In this document: positions 38,108 to 51,344 of the stretch, one piece after another | Numbering within the stretch: position 1 is the first letter of the stretch | Layout: every line of letters begins with the position of its first letter | Made by a program: the position numbers and the translations under genes | DNA from: Octopus vulgaris | Lineage: Eukaryota | NCBI GenBank assembly: GCA_951406725.2 | Contig: OX597831.1 | Coordinates: 47,430,001-47,494,000 of the forward strand | Reading direction: 5' to 3' | DNA: 64,000 nt | The notes under the pieces: model-generated | Databases searched by the model: none | Seen by the model: the letters and a program-made list of their open reading frames with translations, nothing else | What the model was told of the DNA's origin: nothing

Positions 38108-41100
38108 GCATTAGGTTGTTCAGTTTCTTTCTCCTAAATTTCATTCAAAGCATTAGTCAATTCAAGGCTATGGTAGAAAACATTTGCCTAAGCTGGCAGA
38201 AACGTTAGCACGCTGGCATTACATTCTCAGTTCAAATTCCGCCAAGGTTGACTTTACCTTTCAACCTTTCGGAGTTGATAAATTAAGTACCAGTTGCACA
38301 CTGGGGTCGATGTAATCGACTTAATCCCTTTGTCTGTCCTTGTTGTCCCCTCTATATTTAGCCCCTTGTGGGCGATAAAGAAATAAGACATTTGCCTAAG
38401 GTGCTGTACAGTTGAGTTGAACTCTTGGCAGCATGTTGCAACACAAAGTTCTTAACAAGACAACCATACCTCAGAAAGAAGCCTAAAACAATATGTAAGC
38501 TTGGCATCTTAATGACTTTTCCATTAGACTACTTCATATTGCTTAATTGTCACTGAAAACATTGGAAATTGTGCTTCTGAGAAACTAATTGACATAGCTA
38601 TGTAAAGTTATTAATATTTCTTAATTATATATTTAACTCGTTAGCATTCAAAATATTCTGTCAAATTTAATGCGTATTTATTCACATTGTTTTGAATTAA
38701 TAATGTCTTATCTTGTAGCCCAGAGATTTCAATGATGTAATTCTATATTTTTAGGATGACATTGCAGGGTAGGTGTGAGAAACCAAATACATCCAGTTTG
38801 AACATAAAAGAAGTGTAATATTTTGGCCGGATATGGCCACTTTAAATGCTAAAGGGTGCAGGTTCATGGCTTAGTGGTTAGGGTATTCAGCTCGTGATTG
38901 TAAGGTCATGAGTTCAATTCCTGGTGACACATTTCCTTGAGTAAGACCCTTTATTTCATGCTGCTCCAGGCCACTCAGTTGGCAAAAATGGGTAGTACCT
39001 GTATTTCAAAGGACCAGCTTTGTCACATCCTGTGTCCTGTTGAATCTCCCTGAGAACTACATTAAGGGTATGTGTGTCTGTGGAGTGCTCAGCCACTTGC
39101 ACGTTAATTTCATGAGCAAGCTGTTCCATTAATTGGATCAACTAGAATCCTTTTAGTTGTCACTGATGGAATGCCAGTAAAGGATAAAAGGTTAAAATAT
39201 ATCATGTCTCTTTGAAATGTTCTCTCTCTTTCCCTCTCTCTCTCTTTCTTTCTCTATCTCTCTCTCTGTGTCCTCCCCCCTCCCTCTCACACACAACAGA
39301 TTTCTTTCTGTTTCCATCTACCAAATCCACTCACAAGGCTTTGGTCGGCCCAGGGCTATAGTAGAAGACACTTGCCCAAGGTGCTGTACAGTGGAACTGA
39401 ACTTGAAACCACATTATTTGGAAGCCATGTCTTTGTTCTATACATGTGTGTGTGTGTCCGTCCTTGTCTTGGCTTTGCATGATGGTTGCAGGAGTCACTA
39501 TCATGTGAGTTGTGTCATTCATTTCTAGTCTTCTGTGAAAACATGTTTAGCCGAGGGGAAATATTCTTTTCTTCTTTAGGCACAAGGCCCCAAATTGTTT
39601 TGGGGCAGGGGAGGCAGTCGATTTCATCAATCTCAGTACGCAACTGGTACTTAATTTATTGAGGACCTCCAAAAGGATGAAAGGCAAAGTAGACCTTGGT
39701 GGAATTTGAACTCAGGATGTGAAGACAGATGAAATACTGCCAAGCATTTTGCCTGGTGTGCTAAGGTTTCTTATTTATTGCCCACAAGGGGCTAAACATA
39801 GAGGGGACAAACAAGGACAGACAAAGGGATTAAGTTGATTACATCGACTGCAGTGCGTAACTGGTACTTAATTTATCGACCCTGAAAGGATGAAAGGCAA
39901 AGTCGACCTCGGCGGAATTTGAACTCAGAACGTAATGGCAGACAAAATACCGCTAAGCATTTCGCCCGGCGTGCTAACGTTTCTGCCAGCTCGCTGCCTT
40001 GCTGAGGGGAAATATTACCTTACTTCTAAACGAGTTAAGACTGGCAACAGAAAGAGCATCCATTCTGTCCACGGAGAAATCATGCCTCAATGAATTCCAT
40101 CTGACTTATGCTAGTATGGTGGAATGGATGTTAAACTGATGGTGATGATGATGATGATGATATAGATAACGTTATCATCATCAGTAGCAACAGCACCATC
40201 ATCATCATCAGTTAATGTCTAACTAAAGGCGATGAGCTCACAGAATTGTTAGCACGCTGAGCAAAATGCATAGCGGCATTTCGACCGTCTTTACATTCTG
40301 AGTTCAAATTCCGCTGAGATCAACTTTCATCCTTTCGAGGTCGATATAATAAGTACCAGTTGAATACTGGGGTCTATATAATCGACTTATCCCCACCCCA
40401 CACTTGCTGGCCTTGTGCCAAAATTTGAAATCAATATTTATGTCCTACTAAGTTGTCTCTCTTGAAACAAGTGTCTCTGCATTCTGTTTGAGATTGATGA
40501 GAGAAGTATCAGACTAGATGATGTGGTTGATCATTTTAAGATGGTGCTCCAGCATTGCCAAAGTCTAATGACTGAGACCATTGAAAAAAAAAAGACAACA
40601 AAGAAAACCATAAACTGTATATCTGGTCTAACAAATAATCCAAAAAAAGCACCAACCGATCGTGGCCGATGCCAGACCCCTCTGGCACCTGTGCAGGTGG
40701 CACGTAAAAAGCACCCACTACACTCGCGGAGTTGTTGGCATTAGGAAGGGCATCCAGCTGTAGAAACACTGCCAGATCAGACTGGAGCCTGGAGCAGCCC
40801 CTGGCTCCCCAGACCCCGGTCGAACCGTCCAACCCGTGCTAGTGCGGAAAACGGACGTTAAACGATGATGATGAAGAAATTTGCAGAAGAGAGAAACACA
40901 TAGTAGAAATGGTGAGTTCTGACTTCAGAATGTTGGATCAGCACTGTGGTAAAAATGATGCTATGCCCGTCCAATACCAGTAGAGAAAAACAGGTGTAAT
41001 TTTATGATGATATCATAATCTATATATTAATTCAAAGAAAATGACTTAGCACTTATGTGTTCCAGTTTTGCCAATGATAAGATAAAAGAAATAAAGAAAT

Positions 41101-41263
41101 TGACATAGTAATGGAGAGCTTATGATATTAAAAAATAATGAAAATTCTTTCATTCCTTTATTACTAGAGATAGAAATGTTGCTACAACAGATTAATAATA
41201 TTAATGTGACAATTCTACTTTATGAAGAAATACTTTTCAAAACTTGCATTGAAACAGTTCTTA

Positions 41264-41676
41264 TTTCTTTATTGCCCACAAGGGGTTAAACACAGAGGGG
41301 ACAAACAAGGACAGACAAAGGGATTAAGTCGATTACATCGACCCCAGTGCATAACTGATACTTAATTTATCGACCCTGAAAGGATGAAAGGCAAAGTCAA
41401 GCTTGGCGGAATTTGAACTCACAACGTAACGGCAGACAAAATACCTATTTCTTTATTACCCACAAGGGGCTAAACACAGAGGGGACAAACAAGGACAGAC
41501 ATAGGTATTAAGTCGATTACATCGACCCCAGTGCATAACTGATACTTAATTTATTGACCCTGAAAGGATGAAAGGCAAAGTCGACCTCGGCGGAATTTGA
41601 ACTCACAACGTAACGCAGATGAAATACCGCTAAGCATTTCGCCCGGCGTGCTAACGTTTCTGCCAGCTCGCCGCCT
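41264..41676 (-). mobile_element. tRNA-derived SINE (GGCGGCGAGCTGGCAG family) with an internal tandem duplication
   Basis: Head GGCGGCGAGCTGGCAGAAACGTTAGCACGCC, B-box GAGTTCAAATTCC, central GCCTTTCATCCTTTC...GGTCGATAAATTAAGTA domain. Further copies at about 27795-28053, 39600-40000, 45870-46970, 49321-49607, 50283-50510 and 61886-62119. Confidence 0.85.
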
Positions 41677-42018
41677 TTTAAACATTGAAACAGTTTTATG
41701 CTTTTGTTGTGATGTTTAGATAATAACAGAAACACTAGCAGAAAAGATAAATGCTAAATGTTGCTTTCTTTTATGATTTTTACTTGGAGTTTATTTGCCA
41801 GATGGCATATATGATTCTTTTAAATTTTTGGCACAAGGCAAGTGATTTTTGAGGGGAAGAGGAAGTGAATTATATTGAACCCTTCTCCCAGTGGTCAGCT
41901 GGTACTTTTTTTTTTTTATCAACCTTGAAGTGATGAAAGGCAAATCTGACGTCATTGGCATTTGAACTTGGAATGCAAAGAGCCAGAAGAAATCCCACTA
42001 AACATTTGGTCTAATGTA

Positions 42019-42235
42019 CAAGAGGGTGCTGAAAAGTTACTGGCTTTGGGTAAAAGAAAATACAGCAGGGTCAGTTAATTATGAATTTATTCAATATATT
42101 CCCTTCTCAGATTCACACACTTATTGCAGCAGTCCTTCAGTTTTTCTAAGCCCTGTTAAAAAACTCGGAAGGTTGGGCTTCCAATCAGGCCTTTCATGAT
42201 ACCTTTAAAGCCAAGTACTTTTCAGTACTCCCTTG
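42019..42235. mobile_element. Tc1/mariner-type MITE
   Basis: TA|CAAGAGGGTGCTGAAAAGTTACTGGCTTT...AAAGCCAAGTACTTTTCAGTACTCCCTTG|TA; a partial inverted copy lies at about 34273-34388. Confidence 0.75.
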
Positions 42236-42899
42236 TAGTAATGATTCTATTAGCTTGCCACTTTAGAAAGAACGGATTTACACATTGGCAGCAGTTTATG
42301 ATAAAAGAGATCAATTTTGACCAAACATACTTTGAGACAACCAAATGTATCTTGGTCGCTCTTTTGAATCCACAAATATCAAACTACTGTGCCTTACTAT
42401 ATATTGAAGGAGTTTTGTACCTTACTATAGTGAAGCAGTTAAATTCCTCAAGTTCATGAGGGTCTAGAGACAAAAGCAAATTGTTCAGTGCTGAGTGAAC
42501 TACATCTTAATGTCAGGTGTACAACTGTTCTTCTTTTGGGGGATACAAAAAGATGTCAAAGATGATGATCTTAAATGTTACTACCTGAGTTTTTCAGATA
42601 AACTTTAACCCTTTAGCATTCAGATTTCTTTGTCAAATGTAATGCTTATTTATTCGTATTGTTTTGAATTAATCATGCTTTATCTCATAGCTTCAAGAAT
42701 TCAATCGTGTGTTTGTATATTGACATTGTAAGGTAAGTGTGAGAGGTTGGGCTGGATACAGCTAGGTTATATACTAAAGGGTTAAAACAAACACCACTCT
42801 AATGATTTTTTTCATACACATCAGATTTCTAAGTTTTACATTTCCCAGTGCATCTCAATACTCATAACCGTTCAACATAAAAAAAAAGGACAGGTGATA

Positions 42900-43232
42900 G
42901 ATTCAACAACACATTTCAACCTTTATGGCTTTGGTTTGCTGTCTCTTCATTCTACATTTTCTACTGCTACTACCAGGGCCTTTGCTCTGCAGAATTGTCT
43001 GGTATCATTCCATCTCCACCCAGGGCTAAATAACTCATTCATCACTTCTCTTCTCACCATCCATATTGTGTCTCTCTATCTTAACCCTTGCACTGGCCAC
43101 TATGTCCAACCCTTTTCTTCTTGAGCCATCATCTCTTAAGAATTTCACTAATGGCCATGTTTTGTTTATAAGTTTTCAAGAACATCATTTTCACTTGTGG
43201 GGGACCATATACAGAGACCTATCCGAAAAAAA
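42900..43232 (+). mobile_element. Decayed LINE 3' end (CR1/L2/Jockey group)
   Basis: Remnants resembling the FYxYY...HPYxV...RTxHYxxSF C-terminal motif, ending in an A-rich tail; the same tail occurs inverted at about 43935-44004. Confidence 0.45.
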
Positions 43233-44732
43233 CAACAACATCCAAAAACAAACAGTAAGACAGTGATGGTGAACCTATGACACATCAGTGACACATCATG
43301 GGGTTTTAGGTCATAAGTGATGGACTTTGGGGAAAAAAAAAAAGAAAGGAAAGTTTCCCTGCAATAAAAGATTTTATCTATAAGCATTTACCTTAAACTA
43401 AAATACACTTGAACATCTAAGAAAGTCAGCAATATAACAGGATTATTAACTCTTTAGTATTTAAATTTCTCTGTCAAATGTAATGCTTATTCACTCATAT
43501 TGTTTTGAATTAATCATGCATTATCTCATAGCTTTGAGATTTTAAAGATGTGATTGTTTACTTTTGAATTACATTCTGGGTTGATGTGAGCAGCTGGTAG
43601 AATATTTGGGCCAGATATGGCTGGTTTAAATGCTAAAAGGTTAAAAAAAATTTAAATTTCAGGATACTGGGCTCAATGTTTACCACCACTGAATTATGGT
43701 TCTTTTACAATATTGCGACATTATTTTGAGATTATTCTGAGGGCTGCTCATGCTCAACCCTCAAATTAATGTCACACTATAGCACATGAGCACCAAAGTA
43801 CAGAGAATGATATAGAAGTACATTGACCATGTCTTAAGGAAAGATCCCAACAGGGAGATTTTTTTTTCCATAGTCCATCACTTATCACCTAAAACCCTAT
43901 GCTATGTCATAAGTTCACCATTGCTGTCTTTATTTTTTTTTTTATTCAGGATGGGTCTATGTATATGGTCCCACAAGATGAGTGGGAATGATGTTCTTGA
44001 AAACATTTATTGTTGAGATCTTTCCATAAGATATGGCCAATGTACTTCTATCTCCCCCTCTGTACATTGCTGCTCATGCTCTATACTGAAAGGAGGAGGA
44101 GGAAGTAAGGAAGACTCAAGAACTGTTGAAAAAGGGAAGCAAGATGGTGGATGGGGAACATGGAACCAGATGTGAACCACAGCCATTGACAAGGTAGTGT
44201 GGAGAGAGAAAGAGAGTGTGCATGCGTGTGTGTGTGTGTGTGTCAGCCACCTAGCATAAAGTGGAAAGATAGATTTTGAGGGTTACAGTTGACAGAGTTG
44301 AGAATTTATCAGTCTCTCAACAGGTCAAAAGGTAGATAGTATTTATATTATGCGATTGGTATTGTACTGTGTTCAGAGTAAAGTACACCGTTCAATCCAT
44401 GTAGCAGTTGTTGTTTACTCCCACATTAAGCAAGCCTAAAATTTCTTGTGGGAGGAGATGGTCAGCATAATCGCCCCCAGTGATCAACTGGTATTTCATT
44501 TCATTGACCCTGAAAGGATGAAAGGCTAAGTCAACCTCAGCATAAAGACAGATGAAATACTACTAAGCATTTTGTCTGGCGCGATAACAATTCTGTTAGT
44601 TTGCCTCCTTAAGCAAATCTATAATCTAAGACATTTAAGCGTGACCATCACATCTCTCTTCGGGCATTGTTTACTTTAGAATACATTGAAAAATACTCTA
44701 AGAATGAGAACCCAGGTTCAAAATTTCCCCAA

Positions 44733-44778
44733 GACACCTGAAGAAGGCTGGAGGGTATATCAGCCGAAACGTAGTGTT
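44733..44778 (+). ncRNA. Minimal type-I hammerhead ribozyme in a Penelope-like insert (about 44697-44850)
   Basis: GACAC-CTGAAGA-A-GGCTG-gagggtatat-CAGCC-GAAAC-GTA-GTGTT: intact core, 5-bp stem II, palindromic ACGT stem III, GUA cleavage triplet. Confidence 0.8.
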
Positions 44779-45039
44779 AACAACAAACAAGATAACTAAT
44801 ATCCATCGAATGTAAGTAATGTACATAATTCCTCATCTCTTAAATATAGAACCAGATTTAAATTGCTCGGCAGGACAAACAACAAGTATTTAGGACTCCA
44901 TGTGCATATCCTGTTTACTCAAACGGAATATCTGTGAGGAAGATTTTTAATTATAGATTGAGATCCATTCGGTTGGAATCTACTGGTGTGTGTTTATCAG
45001 CATCGATTGAGAACCTGGTACATTAAAACCTGAAAATAG

Positions 45040-45295
45040 TGTAGCATTCTCCATGTGTCTAACACACGTGGACATGCCTACCAAGTCAGAAAACAACACA
45101 GCTCCCATGACTTTCGGAAACATTTCTTCACGCTTAGAGTTGCTGAAGCATGGAATAAACTGCCTGCGTCAGTTGTTGACTGTCATGACACTGCATCCTT
45201 TAAGGCCCTCATGCTTTCCGAAATCCGTCGAAACTACACCTGATTATATATGCACTTTAGATGAGTTGTAGTGCACCTGAGCACTGTACACAATG

Positions 45296-45331
<36 letters not shown>
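45040..45331 (+). mobile_element. CR1-clade LINE 3' end
   Basis: NTRGHAYQVRKQ...RKHFFTLRVAEAWNKLPASVV...SFK is the CR1 ORF2 C-terminal motif, followed by a short UTR and a (TTA)n tail. Confidence 0.88.
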
Positions 45332-45333
<2 letters not shown>

Positions 45334-47081
45334 AATCCGACGGAGTCATCTCCCCTTGTAACACTGATTAATTTTTACTTATACAATGATAAGAACGAAA
45401 AAGCCTTGTGATGGTGTTTCAGCATCATGGCTCAGAGTCCAATGACTGAAACCACAGCAAAAAAAAAAAAAAAAAAAAAGCATCAAGATGGAAATTGAAA
45501 TAATGACGAGTGTAATTTCTAGTAAGAATGGTTGTGCATATTGTTTTGAATGAAGTAGCATGGCAGAATGAGAAGAATTTTGCAGATCTATACCATAGAG
45601 GTTTCTATTTTCAGTAAGATTTAATCTAATTCATATACTCAGATATTTAATTTCCCTTTTAATATTAATGGTTTTAAACTGTGACTCAAAACCAGCATTT
45701 AGTGGTTAGTTGATTACATTGACTCCAGTTTTTGACTAGTACTTTTATCGAATCCGAAAAGACGAAAGACTAAGTTGAGCTTTTGAACACAGAACATAGA
45801 GAAGCAAAAAGAATGCCACTTAGAATTTTGTCCGACGCACTTACAATTCTACCAGCTGACCATCTTGATAGTAATAACCCTTCCTACTATATGCACAAAG
45901 CCTGAAATTTTTGGGGAGGGCATTGGTCAATTACATCAACTCCAGTACACCTTTGCTATGTTATCGTCCCCGAAAGGCAAAGGCAAAGTCAAGGTCGGCG
46001 GAATTTGAATTCAGAACGAAATAGTGCAAAGTATTTTATCGGTGTGCTAACGACTCTACCAGCTTGTTGCCTTAATAATAATGATTTCAAATTTTGGTAC
46101 AAGACTAGCAATTTCGTGAGAGGGATAGATAAGTCGATTATATCGAAACCCCGCTACTCAACTGGCACTTATTTTATTGACCCCGAAGGGCTGAAAGGCA
46201 AAATTGACCTCAGCTGACTTTGAACACCAAACCGTACGAAATAACGCTGAGCATTTTGCCCGGCGTGCAGACGGTTCTGCCAGCTTGCCGCCTCAATACA
46301 TTTTAATAATAACAATAATCCTTTCTACTAAAGGCACAAGGCCTGAAATATGGGTGAAGGTAAGTCGATTACATCGACCCCGAAAGGATGAAAGACAAAG
46401 TCGACCTCGGTGGAATTCGAACTCAGAACTTAAGGACTGAGCTAACGATTCTTATTCCTTTATTGCCCACAAGGGGCTAAACACAGAGGAGACAAACAAG
46501 GACAGACAAAGGGGCTAAGTCGGTTATATCGACCCCAGTGCGTAACTGGTACTTAATTTATCGACCCCGAAAGGTTGAAAGGCAAAGTCGACCTCGGCGG
46601 AATTTGAACCCAGAACATAACAACTGATGAAATACCTTATTTCTTTACTACCCACAAGGAGCTAAACACAGAGGAGACGAACTCAAAACGTAACAGCAGA
46701 CGAAATACGGCTACGCATTTCACCCGGCGTGCTAACGTTTCTGCCAGCTCGCCTCCTTAATAAATTTTAATAATAATAATAATAATAATACTTTCTACTA
46801 TTGGCACAAGGTCTGAAATATGGGGGAAGGTAAGTCGATTACATCGACCCCGAAAGGATGAACGACAAAGCCGACCTCAGTGGAATTTGAACTCAGAACA
46901 TAAGGACTGACTAAATGCTGCTAAGCATTTTGCTCGGCGTGCAAACGAATCTGCCAGCTCACCGCTTTAATAAATTTTAATAATAATAATAATAATAATA
47001 ATCCTTTCTACTATTGGTACAAGGCCTGAAATATAAGGGAAGGTAAGTTGATTACAACAACAACAACAACAATAATAATAA

Positions 47082-47232
47082 GGAGATCACCATGATGCGC
47101 ACATATGGTTGTGATGCATGTGCCTAGTGTACCCTTATCAGACGGGTAGTCATAATGGGTATACTGGGCTTCGTATATTTTACCCCAGTGTCACTTTGAT
47201 GGCATGCACTGCTCTCTCACTCAATAATAATA
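47082..47232 (+). mobile_element. Short retroposon 3' end inserted in (AAT)n
   Basis: Unique block flanked by AAT repeats on both sides, ending CTCTCTCACTC(AAT)n. Confidence 0.4.
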
Positions 47233-47315
47233 CTAATAATAATAATTGTGTTTAACATTCCGTTACTTAGCCAGTCGGTAACGCTTTTACGTGATTAGAG
47301 AAAAAGAGGGGTGGG

Positions 47316-48200
47316 GCGTCCATGACGTGTAGTAGAGGGAATGTAATTGTAATACTTTCACGTGACTAGTTGAAGGAAAAGAGAGAGAAAAGAGGATAAA
47401 GCGAAGAGGGAGACAAAGAGAGAGAAAGAAAAAGAGGGAGAGAGAAGCGTCCGTGACGTGAAGTAGCGGGAATGTAATTGTAATACTTTCACGTGATTAG
47501 GTGAAGGAAAAGAGAGAGAAAAGAGGATAAAGTGAAGAGAGAAAGAAAAAGAGGGAGAGAGAAGCGTCCATGACGTGAAGTAGAGGGAATGTAATTGTAA
47601 TACTTTCACGTGATTAGGTGAAGGAAAAGAGGATAAAGCGAAGAGGGAGACAAAGAGAGAAAGAAAAAGAGGGAGAGAGAAGCGTCTATGACGTGAAGTA
47701 GAGGGAATGTAATTGTAATACTTTCACGTGACTAGGTGAAGGAAAAGAGAGAGAAAAGAGGATAAAGTGAAGAGAGAGACAAAGAGAGAAAGAAAAAGAG
47801 GGAGAGAGAAGCGTCCATGACGTGAAGTAGAGGGAATGTAATTGTAATACTTTCACGTGACTAGGTGAAGGAAAAGAGAGAAAAGAGGATAAAGTGAAGA
47901 GAGAGACAAAGAGAGAAAGAAAAAGAGGGAGAGAGAAGCGTCTATGACGTGAAGTAGAGGGAATGTAATTGTAATACTTTCACGTGACTAGGTGAAGGAA
48001 AAGAGAGAGAAAAGAGGATAAAGTGAAGAGAGAAAGAAAAAGAGGGAGAGAGAAGCGTCTATGACGTGAAGTAGAGGGAATGTAATTGTAATACTTTCAC
48101 GTGACTAGGTGAAGGAAAAGAGAGAGGAAAGAGGATAAAGTGAAGAGAGAGAAAGAAAAAGAGGGAGAGAGAAGCGTCCATGACGTGAAGTAGAGGGAAC
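47316..48200 (+). repeat. Minisatellite, about 8 units of 115-135 bp
   Basis: Conserved core GCGTCYATGACGTGAAGTAGAGGGAATGTAATTGTAATACTTTCACGTGA plus length-variable GA-rich linkers. Confidence 0.95.
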
Positions 48201-48493
48201 GTAATATTTATTACGTGGTTAGAAAAGTTCGTTGAAGGTAGTGATGATATAGAGGAGGAGAGTTAAAAATATTATTTTAACAGAGAAGTGAAGTTAAAGA
48301 AAGGCAGAAAGAGAGAGAGAGAAATGATAATGGTGGTGATGGACAGTAAAAAGTATATTTTATTTTAATTGAACTAAGTTTTTTTTTTTTAATATCATTT
48401 AACGCATGCACATAAGTGCAATTCCGTGAAATATTCACGCTTATTTACGTGGCAGATATATGCAATTTGACTAAAGGTTGTATCATATGTACA

Positions 48494-48549
<56 letters not shown>

Positions 48550-49770
48550 GAGTGCTGTGTATCAAGTCTATAAAATTGTGCACAAAGTATATAAAGTGCA
48601 GTAAGTAATCATCGTATTCCAATTTCTTTCACTTTTCAATGAATAGCAGACGAGCGACTATCTTTCTATACAGGCTACGCTTTCAATTTTTTTTTTTTTG
48701 ATAAAGCTTTCAGAATAACTCGAATAGGTTTACCATTAATTTCATGAAATATTCACGGATCTCGCTGCTAGTAGCAGTAGTGGTAGTGGTGGTGGTGGTG
48801 GTAGCAGCAGCAGTAGTAGTAGTAGTAGTAGTAACAACAATAGTAATACATGGCGGGCAGGAGAGAAAGGTCACTGACCTGTGCAATATTGTGAAAGTTA
48901 AACCTATCATTTCACTCTTCAGTCGTGATGTACTACTTCAATCCTCAAATCTCACACTAAATACTTTGCTTGATCCTTTCTTGTCAGAGTATAACACACT
49001 TGGAACCCTCCTTCCACTGATCTGTTTTCTACAGCCACATTCTAAATATCAACCTAAATCACTCTTGGAAAACTTGGCGAGTGACATGAACACAGTTTAC
49101 CCCCACCTCTCTCCTTTGACTACCTTTAAAATAAATAAATAAACGTGAATAAAGCAGTTCACAATGAAGACGTATAATTAAAATGGAATACACATTTTAT
49201 AAGCTGATAATTGGTCTGCTCGTCTCTCCCTCTGTCTCTGTCTCTGTCTCTTTCTCTCTCTCTCTCTCCCTCCCTCTCTCTCTCATAGGCGTGGCTGTGT
49301 GGTAAGAAGCTTGCTTTCAAGGCGGCGAGCTGGCAGTAGCACACCGGGCGAAATGCTTTGCAGTATTTCGTCTGTCGCTACGTTCTGAGTTCAAATTCCG
49401 CCGAGGTCAATTTTGCCTTTCATCCTTTCGGGGTCGATTAAATAAGTACCAGTTACGCACTGGGGTCGATATAATCGACTTAATCCGTTTGTCCTCCCTG
49501 TGTTTAACCCCTTGTGGGTAGTAAAGAAATAGGTATTTCGTCTGCCACTACGTTCTGAGTTCAAATTCCGCCGAGGCCAACTTTGCCCCTTGTAGGCAGT
49601 AAAGAAATAAGAAGCTTGCTTTCCAACCACATGGTTCTAGGTTCAGTCCAAGTGCATGGCACCTTAGGCAAGTGTCTTCTGCTATAGCCTCAGACCGACT
49701 AAATCCTTGTGTGTGGATTTCGTAGACGGAAACTGTAAGAAGCCTGTTGTGTGTGTGTGTGTGTGTGTGA

Positions 49771-49806
<36 letters not shown>

Positions 49807-51137
49807 ATGTATGTATGTATGTATGTATGTATGTATGTATGTATGTATGTATGTATGTGTGTGTGTGTGTGTGTGTGTGTTTGTCCATCACCACCGCATG
49901 ACAACTGTTGTTAACGGTTTGACAAAAGAAACGGATAAAAGATATAAGTACTGGGGTAGAGCCATTCGACTAAAAATTCTCCAAGGCGGTGCCTCAGCAT
50001 GGCCGCAATCAGATGACCGAAACAAGTAAAAAAAAAAAACAATAAATAAACGACATATATACACGTAAATACGTGATGTTCTTTTATTCTTTTACTTGTT
50101 TCAGTCATTTGACTGCGGTCAAATTGTAGCACCGCCTTTAGTCGGACAAATCGACCTCGGGACTTATTCCTTGTTAGCCTAGTACTTATTCCACCAGTCT
50201 CTTTTGCCGAACCGCTAAGTTACGGGGACATAAATACACCAGCATCGGTTGTCAAGCGATATATATATATATATATATATGACGGCGAGCTGGCAGAATC
50301 GTTAGCACGCCGGGCAAAATGCCTAGCAGTATTTCGTCTGTCGTTACGTTCTGAGTTCAAATTCCGCCGAGGTTGACTTTGCCTTTCATCCTTTCGGGGC
50401 CGATAAATAAAGTACCAGTTTCGCACTGGGGTCGATGTAATCGACTTAATCCGTTTGTCTGTCCTTGTTTGTCCCCTCTGTGTTTAGCCCCTTGTGGGTA
50501 ATAAAGAAACATATATATATATATGACGGTCTTCTTTTAGTTTCCGTCTACCAAATCCACTCACAAGGCTTTGGTCGGCCCGAGGCTATAGTAGAAGACA
50601 CTTGCCCAAGGTGCCATGCAGTGGGACTGAACTCGGAACCATGTTGTTGGTAAGCAAGCTAATTACCACACAGCCACTCCTACGCCTATTATAACTATAT
50701 TGTTCAATACGCGTGCATAGCATTTTGGGCAATTCAAGTATATAACTTGTCGTAATCCGTCACACTGATTCTGTCTTAGAATTATGTTAATGGTGCCCGG
50801 AGTATCCGTATTGGGAGAATGTTCAGCCACTGTCCTATTAATTCAACGAGCAGGCTGTTCGTAATTCAGATGATCGAACAGCTGAATCCTCGTTGCATAG
50901 CGACGATTCCTTCCTTCTTTCTCTCCCTTTACAGCGGTATCAAATTTGCATTCAAAGGGACACAACTTTTGAAAACTATCAGAGGTAGTATCATGTCCAA
51001 GGGACGTAACTCCCGTCTTCACGCAGGATAATGTTGAATCTGTAGAGCCCTGAACAAAATGATTTGCGGAACAAAGTAACGCCCTTTCTTTCTTCCTCCC
51101 TTCTTTTTTTCTTTCTTTCTTTTACACGCACATACAT

Positions 51138-51303
51138 AGGCGCAAGAGTGGCTGTGTGGTAAGTAGCTTGCTAACCAAGCACATGGTTCCGGGTTCAGTC
51201 CCACTGCGTGGCATCTTGGGCAAGTGACTTCTGCTATAGCCCCGGGCCGACCAATGCCTTGTGAGTGGATTTGGTAGACGGAAACTGAAAGAAGCCTGTG
51301 GTA

Positions 51304-51344
<41 letters not shown>

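Noticed and set aside
47316-48200. CRISPR-like repeat/spacer pattern
   Set aside because: The spacers are homologous GA-rich variants rather than unique sequences, there are no cas genes, and the context is eukaryotic.
48744-49142. 132-aa ORF with a signal-peptide-like poly-Val stretch
   Set aside because: The hydrophobic run comes from a (GTA/GTG)n microsatellite; the remainder has no recognisable homology.
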